Below, piece by piece: positions 53,168 through 64,000 of a DNA stretch of 64,000 nt. The DNA comes from Balanoglossus misakiensis (taxonomy: Eukaryota; Animalia; Hemichordata). The position numbers were made by a program, and so were the translations under genes. The stretch is from positions 4,047,434-4,111,433 of the forward strand of contig CM082593.2 of assembly GCA_040954595.2 (NCBI GenBank), in the 5' to 3' direction. The stretch's first letter is position 1. Each line of letters begins with the position of its first letter. Below the pieces are notes generated by a model. The model was not told where the DNA came from and ran no database searches. It saw only the letters and a list, made by a program, of their open reading frames with translations.

Positions 53168-55228
53168 ATGTCCTGGAACACACTTCGCACGTTTGAGGGA
53201 GTGAAATTCCCGAGAAACGAGTCCGACTTCGCGGGAGAGTTCTTCTATCGTATGCGAGAAACCCGGACGGCGCTGAATCGCTACGCTACCACCACCAGCC
53301 AAAGTGATTCGTTCTACAAAAATGTCACCGCGAAACTGGCCACCTATAACAAGGGCGCTTTTCCCAACTATGACCCAGACGTCAACACACTTCTTGGATC
53401 CTCGCGGGCGTCCCATGGACGCAGCAGAGGTAAGCGAGGTTTGGGAAGCATAAAGTTATCGAGTATGGCAACTACCGATAGCATCCTCATCGACGCCGAA
53501 ACGCTTCGCGCCGACAGATCGGAACGGGCACGGAAGATCATACAGGACCAACTGCGATCCAGGGCCAACAGACAACTGTTGGCTGGATCACCACAAGCTA
53601 TGCCAAAAATCGACATCAACAGAGTTCTGACACTTGCAGAAAACGGCGGCGGGGTGTTGACACCAGAAAAGCTAGCGCCACCTTCTTCGTACCCCGTTGG
53701 CATGACAACGAAAGACTATCTAAGAACACACCTTCGGCAGACTCCTTACGCGTTCCAGCTTGGTCGCGGTGGGGACGTTGAAAGCAAGGATATCTATACC
53801 AGATACCGATTGCCTTCTTTGCGAATGCAAAAGGGAAACGAAAACCTTAACAGACCAACCAACCAGTCAGAATTTCTGCAAGGTTTGGAGGATTCGGACG
53901 TAGAGAACGGTAACCTTGGCGACAGCTACGCTGCAGGTGGGAAAGGAAAAACAAAGGAGAAGAAGAAACGGACGCAAAGGGGCGATAAGGGCGAAAAAGG
54001 AACTGGCAACGAATTGGCCAGCTGGGCGGACAACCCCAAAGGGAAAAGTGTCGGGAAGAGTAATCGGCGACAGAACACGACCATTGACGGCGACGACAGC
54101 AAGAGCGACACCTCGAGTTACAGAGACGAGTCTGTTCTCTCACCTATCGTCGAAAGCGACCGAGAAAGAGACAGAGAGAATGCGGACAGTCCGCGAGATT
54201 CGGCGGAAGGCTGGACAGACCGTTTGATGGAGCTGGTCATGGAAAAACAAATCAGTCCTTCTGCCAGCTCCATGAAAAACGGGAACGATAGGTCCGACAG
54301 GGTCGCGGGGAAGAAGACGGTGAGCTTTCAAAGAGATGGACTCGAATCGATTCGCATTATTTCACCGATGCAGGAAAATAGAAACTCGACGCAAGAAGAG
54401 CTCGATACAGATGAAAGTAGCACTGAAAATTCTGCGAAGGAGCACGCCGCGAAGGACCAGCAAACAGCAAATGATTTGCCGCCGTGGCGAACTCTGGGGG
54501 CGATCATTAAATCGAAGGGCAAACTAAGAAAGAAGCGGAAGAAGAAGACAGCCCCACTGTCTGCTATCAGTCCGCGCGTGGGAAGTCCTATACCAAAAGA
54601 ATTAAGTTTAGACAACGAATTTGAGGGGGAATCTTCATCGGTTGCGAAAGAAAAGAAAAAGAAGAAGAGGGTTACGAAAACGGCGCAGTCCTCGGAAGAT
54701 GAAAGCGTTACGGAGAATGACGAAAGTGCGATAGGTTTCACTGGTGATGACGAGAATAAAAGTAACGATGACGTCAACCCATTACAAGTTAAAACTCTAC
54801 CCGGCGGATACTTTTATGAACGGCGACAGAGGGCGCCCAGCACAGAGTTCCTTAGCGACGAAGAATTCAGAGAGAGAATTAAAAGAATTCTGGACGAAGA
54901 TCCCCCGAAACCAAGCCCCCCGCCGAGACAGGAATCCCCAACCCAAGATCAGAATGTGGATGACGAGAAAAAATCGCGAAGAAACAGCGAGCCGCCGTTC
55001 CTTTTGCCCGAATTTCGTCGGCCGGATAACTCGCCTTTTGTGACGTCATGCGTTGCCTGGAATTACGTCCCGAAACCCGAAACGACGGCAATCATTGAAG
55101 ACGAAGATATCGAAATCACGGGACTTCTACTTCAGATGAGAAACTGCAGATACATCCGATGGGGAAAGAAAGACTTGGAGATCTTGCGAAGACTAGATGA
55201 ATTAGAGGACTTAGCGAGGTTTTCGTAA
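53168..55228 (+). CDS. Uncharacterised ~686-aa protein, single-exon ORF: charged/disordered, Lys-rich stretches, MRNCRYIRWGK motif near the C-terminus
   Basis: 2.1-kb stop-free ORF; first in-frame ATG at 53168 (the ORF track start at 53099 is GTG); possible 5' UTR intron from the gtaagt donor at 53057. Confidence 0.87.
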   Translation: MSWNTLRTFEGVKFPRNESDFAGEFFYRMRETRTALNRYATTTSQSDSFYKNVTAKLATYNKGAFPNYDPDVNTLLGSSRASHGRSRGKRGLGSIKLSSMATTDSILIDAETLRADRSERARKIIQDQLRSRANRQLLAGSPQAMPKIDINRVLTLAENGGGVLTPEKLAPPSSYPVGMTTKDYLRTHLRQTPYAFQLGRGGDVESKDIYTRYRLPSLRMQKGNENLNRPTNQSEFLQGLEDSDVENGNLGDSYAAGGKGKTKEKKKRTQRGDKGEKGTGNELASWADNPKGKSVGKSNRRQNTTIDGDDSKSDTSSYRDESVLSPIVESDRERDRENADSPRDSAEGWTDRLMELVMEKQISPSASSMKNGNDRSDRVAGKKTVSFQRDGLESIRIISPMQENRNSTQEELDTDESSTENSAKEHAAKDQQTANDLPPWRTLGAIIKSKGKLRKKRKKKTAPLSAISPRVGSPIPKELSLDNEFEGESSSVAKEKKKKKRVTKTAQSSEDESVTENDESAIGFTGDDENKSNDDVNPLQVKTLPGGYFYERRQRAPSTEFLSDEEFRERIKRILDEDPPKPSPPPRQESPTQDQNVDDEKKSRRNSEPPFLLPEFRRPDNSPFVTSCVAWNYVPKPETTAIIEDEDIEITGLLLQMRNCRYIRWGKKDLEILRRLDELEDLARFS

Positions 55229-55469
55229 ATATTCACGAGATATATATGATAAATAGCAATCGCATTTATTTAATCCACATCATTTTAATTATGACTCTTG
55301 TTAAGGGCGGTACCTAGGTAAAATCTACCGGAGTTCCCCAGTCATTTTAGCGGGGTTCCCATGGGTGTATCAATGTAGTTACATTAGTGGGTTACAGGAA
55401 TGCTCAGGAATGTTACCGGGGTTCCCAAATCCATTACCAATGTTCCCTAACCTTAGCAAAAACACTCGA

Positions 55470-55610
55470 ATTCCTGATTCTGCGAACTTTGGTGATTTTG
55501 TCATATTTGGACATTTTTCATGGGCCAAGAAATGTCAAATTCCCGATTTTGCAAACTTTTGTGATTTTGTTACTAAGGACATTTTTCATGGGCTATAGGC
55601 CTAGCTCATA
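55470..55610 (+). repeat. Two degenerate copies of the 88-bp satellite monomer, detached from the main array
   Basis: tttggtgattttgtcatatttggacatttttcatggg and ggacatttttcatgggctatag..gctcat match the array consensus. Confidence 0.85.
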
Positions 55611-55930
55611 TAGGACTAAATCGATAGTTTTGTGAGTGTTGTAGTTGGTGGTACATCGTACACTGTTACTTCTAGAGATTTATTAAATCTCCCGCGAGAT
55701 GGCGTTTTAAGATGCTGTAAGAGTACGATGCATTGAATTGACATAAATCGCGTTTAAACGTTCACTTTCCACCTGAATTTCCAACTGACTTGTTCGCCTT
55801 GTTAGAGTATAGGATTTGTGAGGAATCACTGCATTGGTTTCGCGTAATCACGTGGACTGTGACGTAATGAAAACAACAAAATGGCGGCGCCCACACGCAA
55901 CGTGTGAAGTTTTCCAAAAGGTACAGTACA

Positions 55931-55951
55931 ATTCCATTCCATTCCATTCCC
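55931..55951. repeat. (ATTCC)4 short tandem repeat
   Basis: attccattccattccattccc. Confidence 0.8.
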
Positions 55952-56114
55952 ATGTAACGATGTTAAACGTAATGTACAAAAATGATTTATAGTAAGTGCT
56001 CTCTACTCGACCGTGCCCTCGGCTACTCTCGCTGTCTTAGCTTAGCTAGCATTTGCAGGATTTATTGTGTATTGCACTTTGCAGTGATATCGACATGGCA
56101 CACGTAGCCACGCC

Positions 56115-56287
56115 CACAGGCGCTCAAGACGATCGCTTCGCGATGGGGGCTGCAGTTCGCGATGGGGTGGGGGTGGGGGGCTTCAGTACCCCTTTTATAT
56201 ATAGGGGTACTGAAGCCCCCCCCCCCCACCCCACCCCATCGCGAACTGCAGCCACCCATCGCGAAGCGATCGTCTTGAGCGCCTGTG
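56115..56287. repeat. Near-perfect ~170-bp GC-rich palindrome (foldback)
   Basis: Left arm 56115-56193 (cacaggcgctcaagacgatcgcttcgcgatggg..cttcagtacccct) is the reverse complement of 56203-56287 apart from a 1-nt indel and G/C-run length; 9-nt AT loop. Confidence 0.95.
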
Positions 56288-56470
56288 CACGTAGCCGTGC
56301 GTACACTGTACAGGTCTATGTGTTCACACACACAGTTCTGTACGCACGGTACGTAGGTGTTGTAAAGGAACAGTAACTATTGAAAATATTGTGCTCAACA
56401 ACTATAGTTTATTGTTCCTGTCATGTTTAAATGGCAAGTGTTCAGCTTGTCAACAAATTATGTGTACATG

Positions 56471-56537
56471 TAGCCTGTTCCCCATACCCAGTGTGTTTTA
56501 GATAGACTCAAACACAATGGGTATGGTGACCAGGCTA
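56471..56537. mobile_element. 67-bp non-autonomous DNA transposon (MITE), TAG..CTA termini, 9-bp TSD; Academ-like
   Basis: tagcctgttccccatacccagtgtgttt / aaacacaatgggtatggtgaccaggcta TIRs; GTGTACATG immediately on both sides (56462-56470, 56538-56546). Confidence 0.8.
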
Positions 56538-56687
56538 GTGTACATGTTAAGAGCAATATGACACAAGTATGCCAAAACGACCAAAATTCACAAAGTCAAG
56601 ATATGTGAGATGTTGTCATTTTGTGAGCATTTGTCAGTTGTAATCCATGCATATGACATGAAAATGACAAATAGACTAAAATTCACA

Positions 56688-59600
56688 AAAAGTGACAATT
56701 TTCCGACTTCGCCGACTTTGGTGTTTGTGTCATTTCTGGACATTTTTCATGGGTTATAGCTCATGAAAATTGTCAAAAAGTGACCATTTTCCGACTTCCC
56801 CGATTTTGGTGTTATTGTCATTTCTGGACATTTTTCAGGGTTATAGCTCATCAAAATTGTCAAAAAGTGGCCATTTTCCGACTTCGTGGATGTTGGTGTT
56901 TGTGTCATTTCTGGACATTTTTCATGGGTTATAGCTCATGAAAATTGACTAAAAGTGGCCATTTTCCGACTTCCAGGATTTTGGTGTTTGTGTCATTTCT
57001 GGACATTTTTCATGGGTTATAGCTCATGAAAATTGACTAAAAGTGGCCATTTTCCGACTTACAGGATTTTGGTGTTTGTGTCATTTCTGGACATTTTTCA
57101 TGGGTTATAGCTCATGAAAATTGACTAAAAGTGACCATTTTCCGACTTCCAGGATTTTGTTTTTTTTTGTCATTTCTGGACATTTTTCATGGGTTATAGC
57201 TCACGAAAATTGACTAAAAGTGGCCATTTTCCGACTTCCAGGATTTTGGTGTTATTGTCATTTCTGGACATTTTTCATGGGTTATAGCTCACGAAAATTG
57301 TCAAAAAGTGACCATTTTCCGACTTCCAGGATTTTGGTGTTTGTGTCATTTCTGGACATTTTTCATGGGTTATAGCTCATGAAAATTGACTAAAAGTGGC
57401 CATTTTCCGACTTCCAGGATTTTGGTGTTTGTGTCATTTCTGGACATTTTTCATGGGTTATAGCTCATGAAAATTGACTAAAAGTGGCCATTTTTTTGAC
57501 TTCCAGGATTTTGGTGTTTGTGTCATTTCTGGACATTTTTCATGGGTTATAGCTCATGAAAATGGACTAAAAGTGGCCATTTTCCGACTTCCAGGATTTT
57601 GGTGTTTGTGTCATTTCTGGACATTTTTCATGGGTTATAGCTCACGAAAATTGACTAAAAGTGGCCATTTTCCGACTTCCAGGATTTTGGTGTTTGTGTC
57701 ATTTCTGGACATTTTTCATGGGTTATAGCTCACGAAAATTGACTAAAAGTGGCCATTTTCCGACTTCCAGGATTTTGGTGTTTGTGTCATTTCTGGACAT
57801 TTTTCATGGGTTATAGCTCATGAAAATTGACAAAAAGTGACCATTTTCCGACTTCCCCGATTTTGGTGTTTGTGTCATTTCTGGACATTTTTCAGGGTTA
57901 TAGCTCATCAAAATTGTCAAAAAGTGGCCATTTTCCGACTTCGTGGATGTTGGTGTTTGTGTCATTTCTGGACATTTTTCATGGGTTATAGCTCATGAAA
58001 ATTGACTAAAAGTGGCCATTTTCCGACTTCCAGGATTTTGGTGTTTGTGTCATTTCTGGACATTTTTCATGGGTTATAGCTCATGAAAATTGACTAAAAG
58101 TGGCCATTTTCCGACTTACAGGATTTTGGTGTTTGTGTCATTTCTGGACATTTTTCATGGGTTATAGCTCATGAAAATTGACTAAAAGTGACCATTTTCC
58201 GACTTCCAGGATTTTGTTTTTTTTTGTCATTTCTGGACATTTTTCATGGGTTATAGCTCACGAAAATTGACTAAAAGTGGCCATTTTCCGACTTCCAGGA
58301 TTTTGGTGTTATTGTCATTTCTGGACATTTTTCATGGGTTATAGCTCACGAAAATTGTCAAAAAGTGACCATTTTCCGACTTCCAGGATTTTGGTGTTTG
58401 TGTCATTTCTGGACATTTTTCATGGGTTATAGCTCATGAAAATTGACTAAAAGTGGCCATTTTCCGACTTCCAGGATTTTGGTGTTTGTGTCATTTCTGG
58501 ACATTTTTCATGGGTTATAGCTCATGAAAATTGACTAAAAGTGGCCATTTTTTTGACTTCCAGGATTTTGGTGTTTGTGTCATTTCTGGACATTTTTCAT
58601 GGGTTATAGCTCACGAAAATTGACTAAAAGTGGCCATTTTCCGACTTCCAGGATTTTGGTGTTTGTGTCATTTCTGGACATTTTTCATGGGTTATAGCTC
58701 ACGAAAATTGACTAAAAGTGGCCATTTTCCGACTTCCAGGATTTTGGTGTTTGTGTCATTTCTGGACATTTTTCATGGGTTATAGCTCACGAAAATTGAC
58801 TAAAAGTGGCCATTTTCCGACTTCCAGGATTTTGGTGTTATTGTCATTTCTGGACATTTTTCATGGGTTATAGCTCACGAAAATTGACTAAAAGTGGCCA
58901 TTTTCCGACTTCCAGGATTTTGGTGTTTGTGTCATTTCTGGACATTTTTCATGGGTTATAGCTCACGAAAATTGACTAAAAGTGGCCATTTTCCGACTTC
59001 CAGGATTTTGGTGTTATTGTCATTTCTGGACATTTTTCATGGGTTATAGCTCACGAAAATTGACTAAAAGTGGCCATTTTCCGACTTCCAGGATTTTGGT
59101 GTTTGTGTCATTTCTGGACATTTTTCATGGGTTATAGCTCATGAAAATTGACTAAAAGTGGCCATTTTCCGACTTCCAGGATTTTGGTGTTTGTGTCATT
59201 TCTGGACATTTTTCATGGGTTATAGCTCACGAAAATTGACTAAAAGTGGCCATTTTCCGACTTCCAGGATTTTGGTGTTATTGTCATTTCTGGACATTTT
59301 TCATGGGTTATAGCTCACGAAAATTGACTAAAAGTGGCCATTTTCCGACTTCCAGGATTTTGGTGTTTGTGTCATTTCTGGACATTTTTCATGGGTTATA
59401 GCTCACGAAAATTGACTAAAAGTGGCCATTTTCCGACTTCCAGGATTTTGGTGTTTGTGTCATTTCTGGACATTTTTCATGGGTTATAGCTCATGAAAAT
59501 TGACTAAAAGTGGCCATTTTCCGACTTCCAGGATTTTGGTGTTTGTGTCATTTCTGGACATTTTTCATGGGTTATAGCTCATGAAAATTGACTAAAAGTG

Positions 59601-62600
59601 GCCATTTTCCGACTTCCAGGATTTTGGTGTTTGTGTCATTTCTGGACATTTTTCATGGGTTATAGCTCATGAAAATTGACTAAAAGTGGCCATTTTCCGA
59701 CTTCCAGGATTTTGGTGTTATTGTCATTTCTGGACATTTTTCATGGGTTATAGCTCACGAAAATTGACTAAAAGTGGCCATTTTCCGACTTCCAGGATTT
59801 TGGTGTTTGTGTCATTTCTGGACATTTTTCATGGGTTATAGCTCACGAAAATTGACTAAAAGTGGCCATTTTCCGACTTCCAGGATTTTGGTGTTTGTGT
59901 CATTTCTGGACATTTTTCATGGGTTATAGCTCATGAAAATTGACTAAAAGTGGCCATTTTCCGACTTCCAGGATTTTGGTGTTTGTGTCATTTCTGGACA
60001 TTTTTCATGGGTTATAGCTCATGAAAATTGACTAAAAGTGGCCATTTTCCGACTTCCAGGATTTTGGTGTTTGTGTCATTTCTGGACATTTTTCATGGGT
60101 TATAGCTCATGAAAATTGACTAAAAGTGACCATTTTCCGACTTCCAGGATTTTGTTTTTTTTTGTCATTTCTGGACATTTTTCATGGGTTATAGCTCACG
60201 AAAATTGACTAAAAGTGGCCATTTTCCGACTTCCAGGATTTTGGTGTTATTGTCATTTCTGGACATTTTTCATGGGTTATAGCTCACGAAAATTGTCAAA
60301 AAGTGACCATTTTCCGACTTCCAGGATTTTGGTGTTTGTGTCATTTCTGGACATTTTTCATGGGTTATAGCTCATGAAAATTGACTAAAAGTGGCCATTT
60401 TCCGACTTCCAGGATTTTGGTGTTTGTGTCATTTCTGGACATTTTTCATGGGTTATAGCTCATGAAAATTGACTAAAAGTGGCCATTTTTTTGACTTCCA
60501 GGATTTTGGTGTTTGTGTCATTTCTGGACATTTTTCATGGGTTATAGCTCATGAAAATGGACTAAAAGTGGCCATTTTCCGACTTCCAGGATTTTGGTGT
60601 TTGTGTCATTTCTGGACATTTTTCATGGGTTATAGCTCACGAAAATTGACTAAAAGTGGCCATTTTCCGACTTCCAGGATTTTGGTGTTTGTGTCATTTC
60701 TGGACATTTTTCATGGGTTATAGCTCACGAAAATTGACTAAAAGTGGCCATTTTCCGACTTCCAGGATTTTGGTGTTTGTGTCATTTCTGGACATTTTTC
60801 ATGGGTTATAGCTCATGAAAATTGACAAAAAGTGACCATTTTCCGACTTCCCCGATTTTGGTGTTTGTGTCATTTCTGGACATTTTTCAGGGTTATAGCT
60901 CATCAAAATTGTCAAAAAGTGGCCATTTTCCGACTTCGTGGATGTTGGTGTTTGTGTCATTTCTGGACATTTTTCATGGGTTATAGCTCATGAAAATTGA
61001 CTAAAAGTGGCCATTTTCCGACTTCCAGGATTTTGGTGTTTGTGTCATTTCTGGACATTTTTCATGGGTTATAGCTCATGAAAATTGACTAAAAGTGGCC
61101 ATTTTCCGACTTACAGGATTTTGGTGTTTGTGTCATTTCTGGACATTTTTCATGGGTTATAGCTCATGAAAATTGACTAAAAGTGACCATTTTCCGACTT
61201 CCAGGATTTTGTTTTTTTTTGTCATTTCTGGACATTTTTCATGGGTTATAGCTCACGAAAATTGACTAAAAGTGGCCATTTTCCGACTTCCAGGATTTTG
61301 GTGTTATTGTCATTTCTGGACATTTTTCATGGGTTATAGCTCACGAAAATTGTCAAAAAGTGACCATTTTCCGACTTCCAGGATTTTGGTGTTTGTGTCA
61401 TTTCTGGACATTTTTCATGGGTTATAGCTCATGAAAATTGACTAAAAGTGGCCATTTTCCGACTTCCAGGATTTTGGTGTTTGTGTCATTTCTGGACATT
61501 TTTCATGGGTTATAGCTCATGAAAATTGACTAAAAGTGGCCATTTTTTTGACTTCCAGGATTTTGGTGTTTGTGTCATTTCTGGACATTTTTCATGGGTT
61601 ATAGCTCACGAAAATTGACTAAAAGTGGCCATTTTCCGACTTCCAGGATTTTGGTGTTTGTGTCATTTCTGGACATTTTTCATGGGTTATAGCTCACGAA
61701 AATTGACTAAAAGTGGCCATTTTCCGACTTCCAGGATTTTGGTGTTTGTGTCATTTCTGGACATTTTTCATGGGTTATAGCTCACGAAAATTGACTAAAA
61801 GTGGCCATTTTCCGACTTCCAGGATTTTGGTGTTATTGTCATTTCTGGACATTTTTCATGGGTTATAGCTCACGAAAATTGACTAAAAGTGGCCATTTTC
61901 CGACTTCCAGGATTTTGGTGTTTGTGTCATTTCTGGACATTTTTCATGGGTTATAGCTCACGAAAATTGACTAAAAGTGGCCATTTTCCGACTTCCAGGA
62001 TTTTGGTGTTATTGTCATTTCTGGACATTTTTCATGGGTTATAGCTCACGAAAATTGACTAAAAGTGGCCATTTTCCGACTTCCAGGATTTTGGTGTTTG
62101 TGTCATTTCTGGACATTTTTCATGGGTTATAGCTCATGAAAATTGACTAAAAGTGGCCATTTTCCGACTTCCAGGATTTTGGTGTTTGTGTCATTTCTGG
62201 ACATTTTTCATGGGTTATAGCTCACGAAAATTGACTAAAAGTGGCCATTTTCCGACTTCCAGGATTTTGGTGTTATTGTCATTTCTGGACATTTTTCATG
62301 GGTTATAGCTCACGAAAATTGACTAAAAGTGGCCATTTTCCGACTTCCAGGATTTTGGTGTTTGTGTCATTTCTGGACATTTTTCATGGGTTATAGCTCA
62401 CGAAAATTGACTAAAAGTGGCCATTTTCCGACTTCCAGGATTTTGGTGTTTGTGTCATTTCTGGACATTTTTCATGGGTTATAGCTCATGAAAATTGACT
62501 AAAAGTGGCCATTTTCCGACTTCCAGGATTTTGGTGTTTGTGTCATTTCTGGACATTTTTCATGGCTTATAGCTCATGAAAATTGACTAAAAGTGGCCAT

Positions 62601-64000
62601 TTTCCGACTTCCAGGATTTTGGTGTTTGTGTCATTTCTGGACATTTTTCATGGGTTATAGCTCATGAAAATTGACTAAAAGTGGCCATTTTCCGACTTCC
62701 AGGATTTTGGTGTTTGTGTCATTTCTGGACATTTTTCATGGGTTATAGCTCATGAAAATTGACTAAAAGTGGCCATTTTCCGACTTCCAGGATTTTGGTG
62801 TTTGTGTCATTTCTGGACATTTTTCATGGGTTATAGCTCATGAAAATTGACTAAAAGTGGCCATTTTCCGACTTCCAGGATTTTGGTGTTTGTGTCATTT
62901 CTGGACATTTTTCATGGGTTATAGCTCATGAAAATTGACTAAAAGTGGCCATTTTCCGACTTCCAGGATTTTGGTGTTTGTGTCATTTCTGGACATTTTT
63001 CATGGGTTATAGCTCATGAAAATTGACTAAAAGTGGCCATTTTCCGACTTCCAGGATTTTGGTGTTTGTGTCATTTCTGGACATTTTTCATGGGTTATAG
63101 CTCATGAAAATTGACTAAAAGTGGCCATTTTCCGACTTCCAGGATTTTGGTGTTTGTGTCATTTCTGGACATTTTTCATGGGTTATAGCTCATGAAAATT
63201 GACTAAAAGTGGCCATTTTCCGACTTCCAGGATTTTGGTGTTTGTGTCATTTCTGGACATTTTTCATGGGTTATAGCTCATGAAAATTGACTAAAAGTGG
63301 CCATTTTCCGACTTCCAGGATTTTGGTGTTTGTGTCATTTCTGGACATTTTTCATGGGTTATAGCTCATGAAAATTGACTAAAAGTGGCCATTTTCCGAC
63401 TTCCAGGATTTTAGTGTTTGTGTCATTTCTGGACATTTTTCATGGGTTATAGCTCATGAAAATTGACTAAAAGTGGCCATTTCCGACTTCCAGGATTTTG
63501 GTGTTTGTGTCATTTCTGGACATTTTTCATGGGTTATAGCTCATGAAAATTGACTAAAAGTGGCCATTTCCCGACTTCCAGGATTTTGGTGTTTGTGTCA
63601 TTTCTGGACATTTTTCATGGGTTATAGCTCATGAAAATTGACTAAAAGTGGCCATTTTCCGACTTCCAGGATTTTGGTGTTTGTGTCATTTCTGGACATT
63701 TTTCATGGGTTATAGCTCATGAAAATTGACTAAAAGTGGCCATTTCCGACTTCCAGGATTTTGGTGTTTGTGTCATTTCTGGACATTTTTCATGGGTTAT
63801 AGCTCATGAAAATTGACTAAAAGTGGCCATTTTCCGACTTCCAGGATTTTGGTGTTTGTGTCATTTCTGGACATTTTTCATGGGTTATAGCTCATGAAAA
63901 TTGACTAAAAGTGGCCATTTCCGACTTCCAGGATTTTGGTGTTTGTGTCATTTCTGGACATTTTTCATGGGTTATAGCTCATGAAAATTGACTAAAAGTG
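56688..64000 (+). repeat. 88-bp tandem satellite array, about 83 copies, continues beyond the window
   Basis: Consensus gaaaattgactaaaagtggccattttccgacttccaggattttggtgtttgtgtcatttctggacatttttcatgggttatagctcat; period measured 57381 to 57469. Confidence 0.99.

Noticed and set aside
50508-55091. Many antisense and alternative-frame ORFs overlapping the two long ORFs
   Set aside because: Expected shadows of GC-richer coding sequence.
57474-60723. Identical 84-aa ORFs at 57474 and 60469
   Set aside because: Chance read-through of satellite monomers starting at TTG; useful only as higher-order repeat markers.
56688-64000. Palindromic repeats superficially like a CRISPR array
   Set aside because: Monomers are contiguous with no unique spacers, no cas genes, and the context is eukaryotic; it is a satellite.

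Overview
Eukaryotic, intron-rich animal DNA, probably a marine invertebrate deuterostome (inference from gene content and style, not verified). Spliced genes reconstructed by hand: RASGEF1-family GEF (+, about 10.3-25.2 kb, with candidate alternative first coding exons), BOLA1 (-) head-to-head with DCTN4/dynactin p62 (+), a group-4 (neuropsin/peropsin/Go-like) opsin with an atypical DRY motif, GHITM/TMBIM5 whose 3' region carries a TSD-flanked, internally deleted LINE fragment, and a small DED-only protein with a C-terminal hydrophobic anchor (-). Two long divergent ORFs of unknown function (50.2-55.2 kb) share only a C-terminal M[KR]xCRY[LI]RWGK motif and have X-box-like sites between them. 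The last ~9 kb is a repeat complex: degenerate satellite monomers, a ~170-bp foldback, a 67-bp TAG..CTA MITE with a 9-bp TSD, then an 88-bp satellite array (about 83 copies, running off the window) with 12-mer and 34-mer higher-order duplications and a homogenisation gradient. No prokaryotic features, rRNA, tRNA or CRISPR array were recognised. All coordinates were read by eye.
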